The translations under genes and the position numbers were made by a program. A stretch of 64,000 bases of DNA from a virus, in the IMG/VR virus record IMGVR_UViG_3300044675_001825, positions 1 to 64,000 of that record; one strand, given 5' to 3'. Under the pieces are notes generated by a model. That model did no database searches. It saw only the letters and a program-made list of their open reading frames with translations, and was not told the DNA's origin. Below, piece by piece: positions 59,543-64,000 of the stretch (its first letter is position 1; each line of letters opens with the position of its first letter).

Positions 59543-59615
59543 CTAATTTAATTATAAAGAATTAACACAGATCGTTATACGCTATTGTATAATCTAATAA
59601 TTCATATTATATTTG
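59540..59615 (+). promoter_or_regulatory. Promoter with palindromic operator (second copy)
   Basis: TAACTAA-T-TTAATTA (59540-59554), TTG 59585, TATATTTG 59608-59615. Confidence 0.65.
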
Positions 59616-59630
59616 CTTAATTAACTTGCT

Positions 59631-62360
59631 ATGGCTTCATATACAGATAAAATCCCAACCTTTAATCCTTACGTAGAGCAACAACCTGTTGATGCTATGC
59701 TTAAGGTTGGTATGTACAAACAACAAAAGTACGAAGAGGGGGTAAAGAAAATACAAACCAATATTGACAATATTGCAGGATTAGATATTGCTAATGAGGT
59801 TCAACAGAAATATCTACAGTCTAAACTCAATGCTCTTGGTAATAACTTGACATTCTTTGCTGCTAGTGATTTCTCAGACTTCTCTTTGGTAAATTCTGTT
59901 AATGGAATGACTAAGCAGATAACTAAAGATGAGGATATTATAAATTCTGTTAGTTCTACAGCTAAGCTTAGAGCAGGTTATAAGAAGAAAGCTGAGTTAG
60001 CAAAGAAAGGATTAACAGATAAAAACAATGATGACTACTATGATATGTTTGCTTCAGAGTATGTCGATAGTAAAGACTTGAAAGCTTCTTTCAACGCTGA
60101 TTATGTTCCTTATACAAACATTGTTAAAAAACTACAAGATGCTCTTAAGGATGCAGGTCAAAGTGAAACTATAGCAGAACAGATATTTGTTACTGGTCCT
60201 GATGGGAAACCACTTATTACTAATGGACAATTTACATATGCTGATTCAAAAGCTATTGATAAACTTGTTACAAACAAACCAGCAGTGATAGCTGCTATAG
60301 GTAATGTATTAAATGAAGGAAATGTTAAACGACAATTAGCAATTGATGGGTGGGCTACATATAGAAACACAGAAGCTACAGAGTTACTAGAGCCTTTAAA
60401 GAATCAATATGATGATGAGAGAGATAGACTAGAACAACAGTCAGTAGAAATTACTGCTATGTTGAATAGTACAAACATATCTCCTGAAGAAAAAGAATTA
60501 TATACTAAAGCTGCTGCTGAAATAGAAGCTTCTTTATTAAAGAATGATAATACATTTATGACACTTTCTAAAGAAGCTGAGGAAAATCCAGAATCATTTA
60601 AACAAAACTATTACACTCAAGAGTTCAAACAACGATTGATGAATCAGTTTGTTAAAGAAAATGTATCTAGAACATATGGAAAGAACGATGCTCTAGAAGT
60701 ACAAATGACAAGAGATAAAAATAGATTTGATCAGGCAATGAAGAGAAGAGAGCTATCTATTAGTGAATCTAAACTTAATCTGGACTACATGACATTTTAT
60801 AGAGATTCTGAACAAGATCCTGTTACAGGAAATTGGAATAAAAAACCTGATCCAGATAAAAAACCAACAACAACATTTGATGCAAACAAACCTTTATTTA
60901 CTGGATCCACTTCAGGAGATAAAGTGGATGCTGTATATCTAATGAAAGAAGATATAAATGTATTAAGCACAGATAAAAACAAAATGGCATTATCATTATA
61001 TGCTGATTTTATTAGAACAGCTAAAGATAATCCTTCACTTTCAGATCAAGCTATATTAGCACAAGCTGATAAATATGCGCAGAAGTTAGGAGTTACAACA
61101 GAAGCATTTTTAGATAGATGGGCAACTAACATCAAAAACAAATATGATGAGAATGGATTAATCCCTCCACCTAATTTAAATGAGAGCTTAATAGAGTATA
61201 ATAACACTGCATTTTCATTAAACAATAAAGTTAACTCAGATAGAACAGCTTATGAATCTGCCTCTAGAGAATCTGGATTAGCTGAATTAGAAAAGAAAGC
61301 ATTAAAAGGAGCAACAGGTCTTAAGTTTAAGTATAAAAATGAAACAGTTCAACTTTCTGCTAAAGAACTTATGGATGTTTCATTAGCATTAACTCCTACC
61401 AAAATTAAAGATAATGCAGGTCATGAAAAAACTGTAAACTTATTAGATATTGGTAAATTAAATGATAGACAATTAAAATATGCAGAAGGTACTTATGGAA
61501 GAGGATTATTTGGAAAAATGATAAATGGTAAAATGACATCACTTGGTTATAAAGGTTATCCAACTTTAGATGTGGGAGTAAGAATGGATATTGATAAAAT
61601 AGTAAGACCTACGTATATAGCTGCAAACCAAATACGTGAAGCTCGTAAAAAAACAGATGTAATATATAATCAAAAGCTAGCTAAGATAGTTGGTGTCTCA
61701 GATAATGTTACAGGAACTTTACCAACAACAGAAGCTTCTCAAAGAGAAGTGAGTGTAGCTAAAGTGGCTACATATATAACTGAAGGTGTAAGAAATTATG
61801 CAAAAGGGTCAGATAAAGAAAAAGTATCAAAAGCTTTAAAAGATCCAACTTCTATAACTTGGTCAGCTAAAAAACCTACTAACTCAAGAGAAAGCTGGAC
61901 AGCTACTATAACAGTTAAAGATAAAGATGGAAAAGATTACACCATAACTAATATAAATCAAACAGACTTAGCAACTTTTACAGATGCTAAGTTTACTCAA
62001 TATGAAGAGAAACCTATTCAGGATGCTTTAAATATAAACACTAATACAAAATCTACAAATGCTGTCTATATGCCTAACTCTCCTAACGCATGGCGTACAG
62101 CTTATTTTAAAGGAGGTCAAATAAATCCTGAAATTCAAAAACAAGGATGGTCATACAGAGCAGATGTTGTACAGACAGGTGTAGGATATAGACTTGTTCA
62201 CTATGTTAGAAAGCCAGGATCTAAAAAATTTACTACTATATATGGGGATGCAATAGCACTTGATGAACGTATTATAGATAATACAGTAAGAATGACTACT
62301 CCAGCACAATTAAATGCTATGTACTTAAATTATGAACATAGTACTAAATCTAAAAAATAA
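59631..62360 (+). CDS. Large virion-associated (ejection/RNAP-region) protein
   Basis: 909 aa; FNPYVEQ.P...VG..KQQKY..G...IQ and DFS N-terminus typical of crAss-like cargo genes. Confidence 0.6.
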   Translation: MASYTDKIPTFNPYVEQQPVDAMLKVGMYKQQKYEEGVKKIQTNIDNIAGLDIANEVQQKYLQSKLNALGNNLTFFAASDFSDFSLVNSVNGMTKQITKDEDIINSVSSTAKLRAGYKKKAELAKKGLTDKNNDDYYDMFASEYVDSKDLKASFNADYVPYTNIVKKLQDALKDAGQSETIAEQIFVTGPDGKPLITNGQFTYADSKAIDKLVTNKPAVIAAIGNVLNEGNVKRQLAIDGWATYRNTEATELLEPLKNQYDDERDRLEQQSVEITAMLNSTNISPEEKELYTKAAAEIEASLLKNDNTFMTLSKEAEENPESFKQNYYTQEFKQRLMNQFVKENVSRTYGKNDALEVQMTRDKNRFDQAMKRRELSISESKLNLDYMTFYRDSEQDPVTGNWNKKPDPDKKPTTTFDANKPLFTGSTSGDKVDAVYLMKEDINVLSTDKNKMALSLYADFIRTAKDNPSLSDQAILAQADKYAQKLGVTTEAFLDRWATNIKNKYDENGLIPPPNLNESLIEYNNTAFSLNNKVNSDRTAYESASRESGLAELEKKALKGATGLKFKYKNETVQLSAKELMDVSLALTPTKIKDNAGHEKTVNLLDIGKLNDRQLKYAEGTYGRGLFGKMINGKMTSLGYKGYPTLDVGVRMDIDKIVRPTYIAANQIREARKKTDVIYNQKLAKIVGVSDNVTGTLPTTEASQREVSVAKVATYITEGVRNYAKGSDKEKVSKALKDPTSITWSAKKPTNSRESWTATITVKDKDGKDYTITNINQTDLATFTDAKFTQYEEKPIQDALNINTNTKSTNAVYMPNSPNAWRTAYFKGGQINPEIQKQGWSYRADVVQTGVGYRLVHYVRKPGSKKFTTIYGDAIALDERIIDNTVRMTTPAQLNAMYLNYEHSTKSKK

Positions 62361-62375
62361 TAATAATAATATATT

Positions 62376-64000
62376 ATGCCAGATCCTACTAATGTTAATT
62401 TTGCAGGAAGACCTTACGTAAGAGGACCTCTTGATCCAAATCTTCCACCATCTCGTTTAAATACAGGATTCCCAGGACAAAGCTCAGGAAAAGCTTTGAC
62501 TCCAGATGATATGATTAATATGCAGAATCGTCAGCTAGATCCTAATGAGATTAGACCAGGTAAAACTTATTTAGCTGATGTTGCAGGAGACTTAACTGGA
62601 AGATACGATACAGTTGTATATGGAGCTAACAACGAAGATGCTTGGGGAGCACAACAATCTACAATATCAAAAGGTGTAAATGGTATATTAAAAGGTACTA
62701 GCCTTGCTGCTACAACTGTAGTTGGTGGGTTTGCTGCACTTGGTGGAGCTGTTGCATCTTTGTTTACAGGAAGAATGTCAGACATTTGGGATAATCCTGT
62801 AATGCAAAACATTGATAAATGGAACGAGAAGCTGGATCAAGAATACCTACCTAACTATTATACAGATCAAGAAAAGAATGCTGAATGGTATTCTAGTGAT
62901 AACTGGATGACAGCAAACTTCTTATTCGATAAAGTGATTAAGAACTCAGGATTTGCTGTTGGTGCTGTTATATCTGGTAACATGGCTTCTGGTTTTCTAG
63001 GTGCTGCAGGTACTGGTATTGGTAGAGGAGCAGCTGCATTAGAAGCTAACCAAGCATTTAAAGCATTCTCTCCATTATTAAAAGGTACAGCTAGAGCTTT
63101 CTCTGCAGGCAAGAATGCTGAGGCTGCTGCTATATTAGAATCACGAATCTCTTCTATTGCAGACATTACAGAAAGAACTTCTAAGCTAGCTCAAATTGCA
63201 CAACAAACAAATCAGTTTGGAAATATCAATAATATTGGTAGAAGAATTGGTATTGCTGTATACTCTCAAGGTGGTGAAGCTGCATTTGAAGGATTGCAAA
63301 CATCTAATGAGTTTAGAAGACAATTAATAGAAAAACAAACAAGAGAGAACTTTGGTGTAGCACCAAATGAAGAACAGTTAAGAAAAATTGATCAACAAGT
63401 AGAGAAGGTAGGGAAAGCATCCTTTCTTACTAACATGGCATTATTAGCTGCTACAGAATATGTACAGCTTCCTAAGTTATTAGGAAGTTCATATGCTGCT
63501 GAAAGACAAGCTGCAAATAGCTTAGCTGGAATGGCTGGTGATGTTGTATTGAAAGATGGTAAGTATGTTGCTAGAGAGGCTGCTAAAACTGGATTTGGTA
63601 AACTATACAATAGAGTTAAAGGTGTAGGTAAATTTGTATTTGATCCTAAAGAGATGGGTCAAGAGATTGGTCAGTATGCTTTACAAATAGGAGCACAAAA
63701 CTATTACAATAAAGCGTTTCAAGGAAAAGATGCTAATGTATTAGTTGATGGTGTACTATATGGTATGTTTGGTACAGATGAATCTGGTAAAGATGTTGGA
63801 GCATTAGTATCTAAAGAAGGTATTGAGGGTGGTATTATTGGAGGTCTTACTGGAGGAGTTATGCAAGCTAAGGCTAATTATAAAATGGATAAAGCCATTA
63901 AGACAAACACTGCAGCATTTTTAGAAGAACTTAACACTACACCTACATATAAAGAAGCAGTTCAATATAAAATGGATGCTGTAAATAGAGGTGTGGCACT
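62376..64000 (+). CDS. Giant virion protein (crAss-like ejection/virion RNA polymerase region), partial
   Basis: Manual translation MPDPTNVNFAGRPYV...AQQSTISKGVNG...EYLPNYYTDQE...NFLFDKVIKNSGFAVGA; no stop seen in the parts translated, and it appears to run to the window end. Confidence 0.65.
   Translation, partial: MPDPTNVNFAGRPYVRGPLDPNLPPSRLNTGFPGQSSGKALTPDDMINMQNRQLDPNEIRPGKTYLADVAGDLTGRYDTVVYGANNEDAWGAQQSTISKGVNGILKGTSLAATTVVGGFAALGGAVASLFTGRMSDIWDNPVMQNIDKWNEKLDQEYLPNYYTDQEKNAEWYSSDNWMTANFLFDKVIKNSGFAVGAVISGNMASGFLGAAGTGIGRGAAALEANQAFKAFSPLLKGTARAFSAGKNAEAAAILESRISSIADITERTSKLAQIAQQTNQFGNINNIGRRIGIAVYSQGGEAAFEGLQTSNEFRRQLIEKQTRENFGVAPNEEQLRKIDQQVEKVGKASFLTNMALLAATEYVQLPKLLGSSYAAERQAANSLAGMAGDVVLKDGKYVAREAAKTGFGKLYNRVKGVGKFVFDPKEMGQEIGQYALQIGAQNYYNKAFQGKDANVLVDGVLYGMFGTDESGKDVGALVSKEGIEGGIIGGLTGGVMQAKANYKMDKAIKTNTAAFLEELNTTPTYKEAVQYKMDAVNRGVA

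Noticed and set aside
1-64000. Stop-codon reassignment as in some gut crAss-like phages
   Set aside because: Code 11 gives dense, full-length genes on both arms, and TAG and TGA act as real stops with coupled starts.

Overview
An AT-rich 64-kb fragment of a crAss-like (Crassvirales-type) podovirus genome, read in standard code 11. The host is probably an environmental Bacteroidota (Flavobacterium-like), inferred from TAnnTTTG promoters, start regions without Shine-Dalgarno sites, and a tmRNA tag that resumes on Gly. Left arm (1-25834, minus strand): replication and early genes, namely rIIA-like GHKL ATPase, uracil-DNA glycosylase, primase, putative SSB, AAA ATPase, SF2 helicase, DnaB-like helicase, family B DNA polymerase, two HNH/endonuclease-type genes, a MoxR-AAA/vWA pair and many small ORFs. 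This arm also holds a complete phage tmRNA (19876-20242) with an unusually long 37-aa tag. The strand switch lies at about 25840-26150, in a G-rich, A-tract-rich intergenic region. Right arm (26153-64000, plus strand): terminase, portal, scaffold, major capsid, ring/hub/auxiliary capsid proteins, a cluster of Cys-rich proteins with mucin-like poly-Thr/Ser tracts, a split muzzle (stabilization) gene, two cargo proteins punctuated by recurring x-x-G-G motifs, and giant ejection/virion-RNAP-region proteins that run off the end. Main highlights: (1) the long-tag tmRNA; (2) a modular poly-Thr/'Y-x-D-C-x-G' virion decoration system spread over at least 7 genes; (3) GG-delimited cassette polyproteins carrying a toxin-like domain; (4) a palindromic operator at identical spacing in two promoters; (5) pseudoknotted leader and intergenic RNAs. 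No database searches were run. Product names come from recognisable motifs and from synteny with crAss-like phages.
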